A stretch of 56,157 bases of DNA, filler included, from Dugesia japonica (lineage: Eukaryota): the NCBI GenBank assembly GCA_001938525.1. It is 5 parts of 5 records of this genome, joined end to end, with 100 filler letters (N's around TTAATTAATTAA, not from the genome) between each part and the next. Parts side by side here need not be neighbours in the genome. Positions count along the whole stretch, not along the records: positions 22,233 to 30,760 come from MQRL01415699.1; positions 30,861 to 47,025 come from MQRL01625209.1; 3 more parts are not named here. One strand, 5' to 3'. The notes beneath the pieces were generated by a model that had not been told where the DNA came from, made no database searches, and worked only from the letters and a program-made list of their open reading frames with translations. The stretch's first letter is position 1. Each line of letters begins with the position of its first letter. Of the stretch, positions 24,060 to 37,900 are shown piece after piece. The position numbers and the translations under genes are program-made.

Positions 24060-25130
24060 TAGTCCGGATTAACAGGAATACAGATAAGCAATTAATCACA
24101 TTTTTATATTAAACAAGGACAAAGAATACCATATCCACAATGATTAAATTCACAAAGGAATAAACATGTGAGCATGTGTCCATAGAAAATATAATGATTA
24201 TTATTCACGACTGAAATAATTAGTTATCTTCTTTTGATGGAGCTCTTCAATGCAGATTCCTCCAATATAACTTTGATGGGACTGAAAATCGTCAATAGTG
24301 GAGCCTTTATTCATTGTTTCCAAAAATTGTCACATTGCTCGCCATTCACAAACCATTGTGAATAGTAGGCGCAGGTAGAACATCAATAGAGTTGTGATGA
24401 TCATCACTAACATCGTTTGAATATGGTTCTCGTAGGTGCACTAGAATGTCATTAGTAGATGAAATATCTGCAACTAGGATATCGTTATCCGCAGCGACAT
24501 AATCATCAAATGTGTCACTTCATTGGGATTTTATTCATTGTCACGAAGGATGTCCCGTATTGTTACATCATTGGTATTTGGATCTTGAACGTAGTCAGTT
24601 ACTAACTGTCATTAGTCAAAGGTTGAATGTTTTCAATGAATCCGGAATGGCGAAATGGAATATGCAGATATATTTTCAAACTATTCTTTATAATGTGAAG
24701 AGCATTTAATCAAGTGTTGCTAAATTGCGTATTAATCAGTAATGAGAGTAGTTTTCTTACGAATATTGGATCGTCTATACAGAACTTTCAGATTGTAAAT
24801 TACACCAGAATCTGAAGACTGTATGCGATGTTGTATTTGAGGGGGAAATTGTTACGTGCAATAGCTCTTACATCTTTTCATATGCAGAGCAGTTGTTAAT
24901 AATGAGTGCCTCTTTCCGATTGTTTGTCCTCATTTTTAAATTAAAGTTTTGTGCGAATTTTTGAAATTATGATAACGTCATCCAAGCCTTTCCATTGTAA
25001 TGCGGAATTCATTTGAATAATCATGATTTCCAGAATAACTAGATCCAGATTAACCAAATATTTTATTATACAATCTCTAGATGCTATGTCAGTACAGGAA
25101 ATTTTGTTCGGATTAAAAAAATATCCGGAT
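24060..25130 (-). mobile_element. pogo/Tigger-type DDE transposase relic (boundaries approximate)
   Basis: The minus strand reads KAWMTLS*FQKF...NRKEALIINNCSAY...SPSNTTS then, after a frameshift, QSSDSGVIYNLKVLYRR. These are typical pogo DDE_1 blocks with stops. Confidence 0.8.
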
Positions 25131-26262
25131 CCTATAGTTGTTAAATAAATTAATTTTTTTAGTGAATTTCAGATGTCTTAGAAATAAATAAACTGAAAGC
25201 AATATTTATATGTTTCTATCATTCTTGGTTTTTATAAATAAATTTTTAATAAACCTTAAAGTGGTATAACATTTCATGATTTATAAATTTTCACTAGAGT
25301 AAATTTTATACTGATCAACATTTTATAACCTATTAAATTTTAATTTTTAAATAAGACAAAACAAAATCAATTAGGATAACTATCAGACATTAATTCCATG
25401 AATTCGGTATTTTGAAATTCAATTATTTGTAGCTTTACTACTATATTCAAAACGTAAGGTGCTTTGTAAATAAAACACAAGTTATTTATTTAATCGTCCA
25501 AATTTTCTTTTGTATCCTTCAAAGTAATCCATTCCCGTTGCCAATCCAATCTTTGAAACACTTTTGATATTTATTGTTTTGAATTTTCATTAGTAATTGG
25601 TTTCTGGCCTTCGGGGTAATCCCTCACTAACGCAATCACATACAGTTGCTCCTAAATATATACATTAGATTATGTAATCGATGGGTGTAGATTATAGCAT
25701 ACACTTATGATATATAATTACGCCATGATTACATAATAACTACATGAAAACTCAAGGATTACGAAATTCGTGTTATTTTTATCGTAATGACGTCATCTAT
25801 TACGTGACCACTTGGAGATTTTAATTTTTCACGGAACTTCGACGAGAAAAAACATTTTTTGTTTAAATTAACCAAATTTTTAAATTTTTTCAAAAATAAT
25901 GTCTTTTAGAAACCATCAAACTTTGAAAACCAGTCTGTTTTTATTTTGCTCGAGATCATTTTTGTTAAAATTATTATTTTTTCAACAAAATATAATTTCT
26001 CAAATTTTATCATCAGCCCATCTAATTGATAGAGAATTTTACACTGAATCAATAATATCTTAGTTAAAAATGTAAAGAAGATGAAAAGTATAGAAACTTA
26101 AAAAGAATGTAATGTAAACATTTTAGTTTAAAATAATTTTTTTGAAAAACTAAATTAATGATAGAGATAAAACCAGAGAATTCACGAATTACACAAGATA
26201 AATATGTACATACCGAAAGAATAATATAACTACCAAAAAGAAATAAAACGANNNNNNNNNNN

Positions 26263-26355
26263 ATTTTGATCGAAGCTTTTAATTTGATGAAATCTCAAAT
26301 GCTATCAATGGTTAAGTTCAACAATTATTTTCGCAATAATTGAAATTGTAAAATT
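26263..26355 (+). mobile_element. Tail of the hammerhead repeat family (5' part lost in an N run)
   Basis: ttttgatcgaagctttt...atcaatggttaagttcaacaattattttcgcaataattgaaattgtaaaa. Confidence 0.6.
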
Positions 26356-29111
26356 AAAATCCTATTTCATATGGAAGGAAGCATTTTACGATGAAAAACA
26401 TTTTCCAACAAAAGTCCTTAAGTCAATGTATAGGCAGCTTTATGGTCCCACCTCATTCATAATCCCATTTCTTCCAAAAAGTGAAAATCAATAAATCCAC
26501 AGTGCAATTTATTGTGCCAACAATTTCTCACGAATATCAATTAGCACATCAAAATAAAAATAGCACTAAAACGTTCACCTGCAAAACAAAAGCACAAAAA
26601 TTTAAAAGCTTTAAAAAAATTTTACCATTAAAACAAAAAACATTTTAGGCACCAATTGGGTACCTGTTCCCGTGGTGGAGGTGATGCTGTGTACCAGTAT
26701 CTACATACTTAATATTTGTAATTTATAAAATAGTTGGTTTTCTCTATAAAACCTTTTAATAACAAACGTGGAAACTAATTTACCAACCTAATAAAATTAA
26801 AATTTTACTAATGGGTTTATTTTGTGTTTTAAGTCTATAAAATTTAGATTAATACATCATTGTGTAAACGAGATTTTACATCCCAGTTTGGCACGTTCCA
26901 TTCGTTCACAACATAACAAAATAAGAGAGAATCCTTACTTGCAATAAGTTGAAGTGGACATTACACAAATATTTGATGATAAGTTACTAAATTTGATTAT
27001 GTCTCTATACTTTTTTTTATAAAATTTAGTTGACTACAATAAACAGTTGATTTCTTTGATAAATCTACTCCCAATGCCGTACAAATCTGTAAAAAAAATC
27101 ACTTTGTTCAGTCAATCAAAACGACGCTTCTTGAACAGTAGCATAGTGCAGGCATCTATGAAGTGTTTAGAGTCGAAATTGGTAAGTTTATGTGGATTCA
27201 TACGTTCAGTCTGTTGTCTTTACATATACACGAAAACCTCATATAACACTGTTCTGATTTAACACGGCTGATGAATTGTAGCATACATTTGTCCAACACA
27301 CTTTATATAACACGGTTTCAGAAAAAAAAACAATTAAAAATTAATTAACATTTTTTATCTATACGCCCACGGATTTCACTATGACAAATCATACTGGAAA
27401 TGTCCATGTCGATCAGTTGTGCCTGGAAATTCAAACGGTACAGGGCATATTTCTACGGAATCCGTAAATTTTTCTGGATTATTCTTTGTATATATGTACA
27501 TACATAATATGTATTACTAATTGATTTTTCATACATTTTGTTAGATGAGTTTGGAATACTCATCGGATCATTAATATCAGAACTCGAATTCATTACAAGA
27601 TTTATTAAAACAAAATCTAACATATAAATGTTTTTTTCAAACAAATTTAAAATTTCATATTCAAAACGGAAAACATCAAATATCAGTATTTGTAAAACAT
27701 TTAAAAATTTATCTAATGTCAAATTTTAAAAATACATTTTATTTTCTTTTAATTTATCTACAATTTATTAAATTTCAAATTTAAAAATACATTATATCTT
27801 ATTTAAATATTTAACAAACTTATTTCAATAAATTCCGCCTCAAAATACAAAAAATTAAATTTGCTTTTAAAAACTGCCTTTCACATTTAATCGTATTTGA
27901 TGATGAAAACGTACAACCGATCTCGAAAAAGAGTCGAATATATAGAATTTTAAGTGATATCGATGATGAATGAATGTTCTATTATGCTATTCAAGTTTTT
28001 TTTCGATAAATACGTAAATGTATATTTTTTCGATTGTTTATTTAAAAAATAAAAGATATTAACTAACTTCGATTTTTTCTTGGGAAGCCAACCCTAATTT
28101 TGTATAAATTTCAAACCTCCCATAACATGAATTTTCTAAGATTAAAGAAACGGTCAACCAATTACGTTTTGACTTTTTCCAAAATAACTGTATAATCCAT
28201 AAATGGTTGCATTATGTTTGTGCTGCAGTTATCAAAGGATTATCATTATACTTTGTCGTTATTAATATCTACTGAAACATCTTCCTGGATATATTTCAAG
28301 AATAAACTTATATCCATCGATACGCATCATAAATATACTTTTAGATGTTATCTATACTATGTAATTCATTTATGGGTAAAATTTTATTTCAATAAAATTG
28401 AAGCAGAATAGTTAAATAGTATTTACATAAATAGGATCTTAAATAATAAGATTGTAAAGTTTGATTTGAGGATAAAAAAGAAATTTTAATTAATGTTTTA
28501 TATTACTGTAGATTTTTGGATTATTTCTTTTAAATTGACTTGATATTTATTGTTATAATTCATTAATTCGAAACATTGCCAATGATCGTGATCATCTTTG
28601 TGTGATAATCATAAAATAAGAGTTGATAACATTTGGATACAAATATTTCGCTTAATCATGTTCTTTTAAGAAATTTCTTTGTATAAAAGAATTAACTAGG
28701 TGTAGCTAAACAAAACGAATGTAAAAATCGAAACAAACTGATAAAATTGTTAATGACATCTTTGCTAAAATAATTTGCACAGATTCATCTTATAAAAACC
28801 TTTTATTTATTAAAAATTAGATTAATTTATTGTTTTGTTTAGAGCACCTAAAAAATCTACTGACAAGAAGCAAAATACATTAAATGAAGCTTAAAATTTG
28901 TTTCTTTGGCATGATATTTTTTAATCAATAAATTTTATTTGAAATTACTTTCTAATTTATGTTTAAAAGCAAAATATTATTCACAATATTGATTTACTAA
29001 AAACATAATGATTAAGACGCAGGTTGAACCGAATCGATATTTACACAAAACAATATCAATGCTAAATAAATAAAAGAAAATTTAAATAAATGTGAGAATA
29101 AATACTAGTTT

Positions 29112-29665
29112 TCATTTAATGCAAACTGTATCTGGACATAATTCATTTCTAATTATCCACACTCCTTCAGAAACATCATCAGTTCGATATTCATTTGATT
29201 CAATAGTATTATTGTTGTTGTTTGAGAGAGATTCAATTTTATTTCGATTTTCGTTACTTCTGGGAATTCTTACATTTTGTTTTTGAACTTTTACCGGCTT
29301 ATCAATTTTCAAATGTGAATTTGTTTTTAATTCAACTGACGACGAGAGACCAGGTATTTTAGAATTTGTATTTGATGGTTTTTGATCAAATGAGTTCAAC
29401 ATAATATTGCTATTAACAATTGCAGTTGGTTTGGTTAGTTTAGTTGTAGTTTTCACATTTTCGTTAATTGATTCATTAGAATTTGTTTTACTTGTGTTGG
29501 TATTTGATTTCTTGTTTATTGGTTGAGTTTTAAGTTTATTAGACGTTACAGTAGACCCATTTAATTGTGGAGTTTTTTTCAAATATGTAACGGATTTATC
29601 TACATTCACTTGTGTAGGAAGTTTTGCAACTTTTGTAGATGCTGTGGTTATTGGAGCTTTTATGC
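29112..29665 (-). CDS. Probable terminal exon of a basic S/T/N/K-rich protein with an SxIP (EB1-binding) motif; possibly APC-like
   Basis: Acceptor ttttaatag|GC at 29666/29665, about 184 open codons, SKIP at 29352-29363, C-terminus SEGVWIIRNELCPDTVCIK*. Confidence 0.6.
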
Positions 29666-29774
29666 CTATTAAAATAAATATGATTTGACAACATTTAATA
29701 ATTTTTAAATAAATTTACAAATAATTCAAGTCAACTAATTAATTTTAAAAATTATATTTAGATAAAGAATATAA

Positions 29775-30090
29775 CAGGGGTGCACAATCTTTTTTTCTAG
29801 ACAGGCCGCATCATCAGTTTAAATCAACGTCGCGGACCATAAATGTAAAAATTTCTGGCCAAATGTTATGCATCACTGATATTATAGATACTATACTATA
29901 CTCTGTAACTTCAAAAATTTAATATAGCGCTGTTAAAGTGTCATTTTGCAGCTAGTATTTTGGAGGAGATCGTTGTGAATCCGTNNNNNNNNNNNGTGAA
30001 ATATTGATTGTATAGAATTATATTTCTATAAAAAATTAATTTTGGATTTTTAATGAATTTGGGTCGTGAACCGTATGTTATGCACCCCTG
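29775..30090. mobile_element. hAT MITE
   Basis: TIRs caggggtgcacaa / ttatgcacccctg; flanks gaatataa / gcatttaa (6/8). Confidence 0.75.
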
Positions 30091-30760
30091 GCATTTAACA
30101 ATGATAAAAATAAAATTTTTAAGGCGAATAAAACTTAGAAATATAACAGACAGTATTTTGATAAATTAACTTAAGATGTCATTCCTACAAAACTTTTGAT
30201 GAAAAGAACAATTGTAAATTTACTTTTTAATGAATATTTCAATAAATTACGAAATTTCATTCCCACGCAAAAATCAAAAATATTTAATTATATAAGGCAG
30301 AAAAGTGTGACAAATAATTAAACAATTACTTATTTATTGTATAATTTTTTCATATATTAGTGCACTTATTAAAAAATTATTTCATAAGAACATAAACTAG
30401 AAAAATGTTACTAACGTTCCTAAAAAATTACAAAAGTAAAAACACTAATAAAGTTTCAGATATTCACTTACGAATTTAGTTGTATTTAATTTACGAATAT
30501 GTCTGTTCTCATTTTCTTAACTCGGATTTTGAAATCTCTATACTTCTTTTATGAAAGACAATTCCTTCACTTTATAGTAAATCGATTTTGTACTCGTAAA
30601 GGTTTTCAGAAACCATTTTTCAACCTCTTCATTGGTAACGGAATAATTTGAACAATTACATTCTTAACACAACAGCTATGCATCAACTCTTAAGAGCATA
30701 TCTAACGCAAAAGCAAATTCCATTTGATTTAATGTTGCAAAATCTTTCGTTGTGTTCATC

Positions 30761-30860
30761 NNNNNNNNNNNNNNNNNNNNNNNNNNNNNNNNNNNNNNNN
30801 NNNNTTAATTAATTAANNNNNNNNNNNNNNNNNNNNNNNNNNNNNNNNNNNNNNNNNNNN
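30761..30860. other. Artificial contig-joining spacer
   Basis: N44-TTAATTAATTAA-N44. Confidence 0.95.
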
Positions 30861-31995
30861 AATATTAAAAATAAATTTATTATTATTAATTCTTTTTTAA
30901 TTGTAATGCAAATAATTAAAGTTTCTAACCAAGATCAAAAGATCTAAATGAATTATCTACTAATCCAACATATACTTCCTTAATAGGTTTTGGTTTTAGA
31001 CTGAACGTTAAACATGTACAAGCCTGACTACAATTAGTAATAAATTGATATCTGTAATCTCATTTAAAACTTGTAAAGATAAATAATTAATATACTTATT
31101 ATCTTTAAAGTTAAATAGAAAAATAGATCCTTTATGGTCAGCTAATAACAATCTAAATCCGAATTCGTCAAAACTGATACACGTTATTCGGGAACACCCT
31201 CCATAAGATAATTCACCACTCTTTTCCGATTGAAGAATATTAANNNNNNNNNNNNNNNNNNNNNNNNNNNNNNNNNNNNNNNNNNNNNNNNNNNNNNNNN
31301 NNNNNNNNNNNNNNNNNNNNNNNNNNNNNNNNNNNNNNNNNNNNNNNNNNNNNNNNNNNNNNNNNNNNNNNNNNNNGATTTATGTAATAAATTTAGTTGC
31401 ATTACTTTGCCGTTGTTAAGATTAACAAATTTCAAATTATGCCATAAATTAATAATTTAATAAAACAATAATGACCTTAAGATTCTAATTTTAAATTTTT
31501 TTGAAAATGACTCCAAATTAACTTAAACTTTATTAGTTTAAGGCTATAATTAAATACATTTATTTCATTTTCGTTTGTTTTATTTTGTAAATGATATGGT
31601 CAGTTTAAAACTTTGAAAATTTGCGTTTAATATATTTAAAATATAAGTAAAAAATAAAATACTGTGATTTTATTTGCTGCAATGCTTCAATGAAACGCGA
31701 AGTTTATTGTATAATTCTACATAAATTTTATAAGCAAATTTTAATAAGCAAAATGAAATATCCCTTGGTGCTAATTCAGGAAAAAGTTGATCTCGAATTT
31801 GTTCAGTAAAATGGGANNNNNNNNNNNNNNNNNNNNNNNNNNNNNNNNNNNNNNNNNNNNNNNNNNNNNNNNNNNNNNNNNNNNNNNNNNNNNNNNNNNN
31901 NNNNNNNNNNNNNNNNNNNNNNNNNNNNNNNNNNNNNNNNNNNNNNNNNNNNNNNNNNNNNNNNNNNNNNNNNNNNNNNNNNNNNNNNNNNNNNG

Positions 31996-32990
31996 TATAA
32001 TTGTATACAGATTATGATTCACAGCCAAAGCAATATCTCCATTTATATCATAAACACCTTTAGCAACAACTGGATGACTCAACGTATTTTTTGAACACCA
32101 ATTTTACTGATTAACAGGATTGCAATACATTTCCAGTATTTCTTGGAGTTTGTATGGTATTTTTATTCCTTGTACTGCTCTCACATTTAAAAAATTCTGA
32201 GAATTTTTTTATCTATTTCTGCTAATTCATTGTCAGCTTTCACTCGGTTTGATGGATTGGGATCAGTTTGAGCGCTTATCAAATACGCTACAGAAACCAA
32301 TTGAATTTATGAGGTCTTGGCGAATGATAATTACTACCAAAGTCGAAGTTTTTAACCTGAATGTTCTCCAAGGTTGTAATATATTTTCAAGAATAGCATT
32401 GATATAAAGTTGAGCAATATGGGAGTCTGTACCCCACGACATGTCCCAATTTTCTTTTAATGATTCCTTATTTTGGTTGTTTTTCCAAGATGAATCTAAA
32501 TATCTAAGACGAACATCTTCTTCGACTAGAAACAAGTATATATTATCAAAAACACAGCAAATTAACTCCGAGTAATCTTCAGTTTTTGTGTTTTCAAGTG
32601 TATTGAGAAGAATACTGTGATAGAATGTTAATAGTTTTGGACAGATAAGTAATTCTCGGTGTCGAATGCAAAATAATCNAATACCAGATATCGCTTGCAT
32701 GTGAATATCACAACTGAGAGTGTTGTCTTCTGCATAGAACATTAGTATTTTAAATACACGAAGATTAATAACTTTTCCTAATAAAAGGCTACTAAAATCG
32801 AAATATTTGCATTACAATCCAAAAGTGAATAATCCACGAGATATACTTGGTTTTTATGATATGAGGCAAAGTTTTTGTTTGATCTTTTTCCAAACGATAC
32901 TTCGAAATACAATTGAAATAGCGTTCGAAACAATCGAGTGATGGTCGCTATGAAGTTGTAACGTTTCTGTCCGACATTTACACATAATGT
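31996..32990 (-). pseudogene. NIPBL: NIPBL/Nipped-B/Scc2 cohesin-loader pseudogene fragment (HEAT region)
   Basis: Joining frames gives DCFERYFNCISK / KPSISRGLFTFGL*CKYFDF..VFKILMFY..QAISGI..FCIRH..FLVEEDVRLRYLDSSWK..KESLKE..IAQLYINAILE / SVAYLISAQTDPNPSNRVKADNELAEIDKK / FLNVRAVQGIKIPYKLQ..AVNHNLYTII. This is collinear with NIPBL (ACFNRYY, RSLFTVGALCRHFDF, YLQEEDTRM, VPYLIAMGTDP, CSHLYSMIR). At least 4 frameshifts, plus stops at 32812-32814 and 32104-32106. Confidence 0.85.
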
Positions 32991-33399
32991 CAAAAATTTT
33001 CATGAGATGGTGATGTATAATTTATTTTATCGAATAAAAGAATTAAAAGTTGTTGCTGGTATAAGCAGGTAGTGGGCAAAAAACTATAGTACATAGCGTT
33101 CTGTAAACGTTTGCAAATCCTGGCTATTAATGAACACTCCGACAAAACTGGTCAGTGAATTTTCGAGGAAATGCTAGTCTGTAAGACGGAATTTTCTGAG
33201 CTGACGTTTTATATACCAAAATGCTACAATATAAATTCATGTATACACAAGGAAAATAATAATTAACTGATGTTATCGAAAATAACTTTAAGCATACGAT
33301 AACCATTGATGTGTTAAATCGTATTTATATAATTGAAGAAATACAAAACTTAACTTCCCCTTCACTTTATTTATGAATTGTGTACGTTTCATGTAGTTT

Positions 33400-33900
33400 A
33401 TGGTAAGTATTCCTTTTATATAGAAATAATGTTATTTCAATCCTCGTTGATGGTTTGTGTCCTGTTAGTTGACAATCTGTAGCAACAAGTTGAAGAAATC
33501 CTAGACAATCATACTATTCTCTCAATTGTGATATATTAGTTAATAAGAATTGGAGGTTTGATTGCTTAACTTGACTAACAATAATTAATTTCTATATTTT
33601 AGCTCCGCCACCACATTAATTTTTTTGTTTTGTAGTATCCGGAACATGAATATATACTATATCAAATATTTAATCCGTAACCAGTAATTTGGACCATTTG
33701 GTGTCAATATAAACAAAATGATCTAAAATGATATAAAAGTAAGTAAGGTAAGAAAATCTAGCATTGTTAGAAAAATGATAGACCATATCGAAGAAACAAT
33801 ATCACTTTAAAATAAAATTAAGACTAGACCATTCAGATTTCAGTCATAGCCTAGAGTTGATGGCGGAATAAACTTAAGATATACAGTCTAGGCGGCTTCA
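33400..33900 (-). mobile_element. LINE apurinic-like endonuclease relic
   Basis: Ordered degenerate minus-strand motifs AMTEI(*) near 33840, CGGGAKI near 33605 and LGFLQLVATD near 33490. Confidence 0.45.
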
Positions 33901-34942
33901 CCTATATGATATTCAAATTACTATTATTTACTTCTAGACTGTTAATTTTTAATTAATCTCGTTTTACGAAATGCATGTTAAATTCCTGATCTGCTGTTTA
34001 CATTGTCTACATCTTTTTGGTATTTATTTTAATCGTTTTTTCTTTTCTTTTTAGTGAGGAAATCGGTATTAAGCTCTATTTTTGCTTGATTCTACTTGAC
34101 TAACTGTTCTACTTCAATAGATGTTATTATATGATTGTTGAAATGTTTTTCATAATCACTAATATAATTATTATTAATACATTTTCTTGTGAATCATTCT
34201 AAGTATATTTTGCTATTTTATAGTTATTATCCTTATCATTGCCATTATTTACGTTATATTGTTTAGATATTATTTCTGATTTTGTAATATTATCTTAACC
34301 ATAAGTGGTGGTGATTCCAGATATTACAATGGCTTCGATTTTATTACTCCCATATTCTACTTATTTTATCACCGGGTGTTCAAATTCAATTTAAGATAAA
34401 TTATGAGTCTAATATCAAATCAAGTAACGTTAATAACGTATCATTATAATTCATTGACGACGTGAGTATATTCTGCATTAGTATCAATTATTTCATTTTA
34501 ATAGTCAATGCTAGCTTACATAATCCTATTCAAATAAATAATCAAAGTATTAATTCCTAATTTTTCTGAATAGTAGTATATTTTTAAAGCAATAAAACCA
34601 TGTAAAGAAACCATATTTTTAGTGATCTAACAAATTTATTAACTTTTAAAATTTTATCGTGTTTTGTTATTTATAAAAATTAATATTTGCATTTATTGAT
34701 TTTTCTATCATTTAATATTAATTTTAGTTATCTAGTTTTTANNNNNNNNNNNNNNNNNNNNNNNNNNNNTACAAATAATTTTCAAAGAAAATTGTTTAAA
34801 TACGCTACCTTCTTATGAACTACAAATGACTATAATTTAAAATTTCGAGATTGTGTCAATTTGTGTGGTCTTATTGTTAAAGTACATCCTTATTCGACTT
34901 TAGCTTTCTATTTACTTTTTTTGGATTAAATTCAAAAATAAA

Positions 34943-37900
34943 ATGGAATTAGTTAATTTACAAACGTATTCTGAAAAACCGATAACTGATGACACCATGA
35001 ATATAATTTCGGTACGTTTGAGAATTGATTATGAAAATAGTCCAAACAAAAGCAACGAATGTCCAACTCATATTAATAGTGAAATTTCTCATTATTGTCG
35101 GGATTGTCGATGTAAAATGTGTTTAAAATGCTTCGATCAACACAAAACTCACGATACTATTGACAAAAACTTCATTATTCTGGAAAAAATTGATAATATT
35201 TCTGGAATTATTGAAAGATTTTATGTTATTAAATCTGATGTTATGGATATTATATCACAGTGTGATCAGCAAAAAATAACAATATTCGAAGTAAGATTAT
35301 TGGTTTTTATAAATGCTATTTTTTACACAGAAAAATGTATTATTTTTGAGAGTAAAATATTAAAAAACATTGTGAGGAATTAATTTTTTTTATAAAAATA
35401 TGTTAAATTTAATTATTTATATGTTTGATTGTAGTTTCAAATGAAAATTAAAAAGAAAGAAATTCTTTTCACAATTTTTAACTTGAAGAGTTTAAAAACA
35501 CAACATGAATATATGTAAATATAAATGTAAATTTCTATGATAAACAATTAAATACAAAAAACATAGATAAGATTAGACTTTATTATACATTACTTCGTAG
35601 GGTTTTTGGTGATATTTCATAATCAATCTGTTAATTTTCAATAGATTTCATATAGAATCCATGATAACAGTTTGTTGTAGACATTTGTGTTCTAATAAAT
35701 CTGATTTGGCGAAATAATGTTCTGTTTTATAGATTAATAGATTGATTGGATCATTTACCCTGGATTTTTGTAGATTACATTTTATTATAAATGTTATTGA
35801 TTTTTNTTTACAATTATTACTTGTAAAAATGAATTTCATTGGTTAAAAAAAAAATTTAAAAGGTCTTTAAAATCTCGTGAGTATATTTTTAAAAAATAGA
35901 TTATGAGAATTCTGAGTAAAACAGCATACGTAAAAGAAAAATCAATTCTCAAATTATTTTTTTGAAGTCTAATAAAAATCTAAAACTTTTAAACTAAAAT
36001 AAAATATGTAAAAAACGATGGCAAATGTTTAATAAAAAATAAATAACGCCATTCTTAATTTTTAAGTTCAACAATTTTTCAATAAAAATTTTTTTCTATA
36101 AAATAATATTTTATTAAAAAATATATTTTTAATTTTAAATTATATTAAAATTTTTTCATTAAAATTTTTCAAAACTAATAAAAAATTGAAAATTATTTTA
36201 GAAACATGAAAAAAAACATGAAAATATATTAAAATTTCAAAAATTGAAAACTTTTTTTTATCTACAATTTTTTTAATTAATTTAGTAGAAAGAGCTAGAA
36301 AGTCTCTATAATAATGCTTGAATTATGAAATCTAATTGATTAACGCTTCATACAAATCTCTCTCCCAGTAATTTTTTATATGAAAATAAATAAAAAAAAT
36401 ATAATATAATATAAAATATAATAAATATAATTTATTAAAAAATTAAAATATATTTTATAAATAAAAATTTATAAATTTGTTCACACAATACACGATATAA
36501 TTATATTTTATTATGAAATCAATAATCTAAATATATTTGTTAACGTTATTTTCATGATTAAAGTTAATCTCAATCAATTTTCATGTCACTCAAAAACAAA
36601 CCGGCGAATCGCCAGCTAAGTGGCTCAATGCTAAAATGACATTGGCCGGTCATTCGCCGGCTTTGTATTGCGATGGGTTAATTATTTTCTTTGTTTATTT
36701 CATTTATTTATTATTTACTTATGATTTATTTTTTTTATTTATTTATCAATAAATGGTGTTTATTTATATTATCATACTCACCAATTTTATAAATTAATCT
36801 ACATTTATATTTCCCCGGTATTATTTTTCGATAAGTCCTTGATTGAAAAATAATTTTGTAAAATCAATAATAGAAATATTTCATTAAAAGCTTCGATCAA
36901 AATATCAAAAACAAAAAAAATTTGATCAAAGCTTTTATTTTAATGAAATCTGAAAAACAATTAACGGTTACGTCCAACAATTATTCTTGCAATAATTGTA
37001 ATTGTAAAACAATAAAAATACTATCAAAATGTTCGAAATACTTTCATGTTGAGTTTTGTATTTTAAAAATATTCTATTATTATAAGTGATATTTGNNNNN
37101 NNNNNNNNNNNNNNNNNNNNNNNNNNNNNNNNNNNNNNNNNNNNNTTGTCAAAAATGTAAATAAACGTATATATTTTCTACGTGTATATGTATGTTTATT
37201 TTGCGTGTATGAACAAATTTTTTGAGTCCGGAACAAAACTATAAATTTATTGTAAAATATTTTAAGCATTTTAATTTAATTTATTATTTTAAAAATGTTT
37301 AAACTCAGGAATAATTTCCTTTTAAAATTCGTGTTTTGAATTTTATTAAATCTAAAAGGTATTCGTGAGTTCTAAGTAATTTTATTTAAATCAAATTTTT
37401 AATATTTGAAAGATTGTTTGAAATTTTCTTGTTAAAGTTTTAAATCAAATATTTTCATTAAATTATACAATTTTTAAAAATAATTATTCTTATTGCCCGC
37501 GAGAATTTACCTGCAATTTAATTGGTGGATATTGGATCACTTAATTTTAGTAACTCACTTTCAACCAATCGGAGTTTATTTATGTTTCGACCAATCCGAT
37601 TGCATCAAATTCTCTAGATCACTTCATCAGTGTAGATGGGATGATCCAGTGCGCCACTATCTACTCACCATTTGAGTTTATTAAAATTGGGTTTTCAAAT
37701 TAATTTCATTAATAATAATAATTTGTTTAAATAATTATTATAAAACAGAAAAATATCAGAAAAGCAATTAAAAAGCAAAAAGTAGAAAAAAATTTTGAAC
37801 CTAAAGAAACGATCAAATTATGAAATGAATAACAATGTTTAAATTTAAATTTAATTTAAATATAAATTTAGATATTTTGTTTTTAATTATTCAAATGAGA

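Noticed and set aside
30472-30759. Ciliate-type reassignment of TAA/TAG to Gln
   Set aside because: The long Gln-rich exons (LENG8, 19027, 29112) use only CAA/CAG, and DNase II terminates at TAA at the expected position.
37575-37640. Additional hammerhead on the minus strand (CTGATGA...GTCGAAACATA)
   Set aside because: The 35-nt stem II region pairs poorly and there is no stem I complement or family tail.
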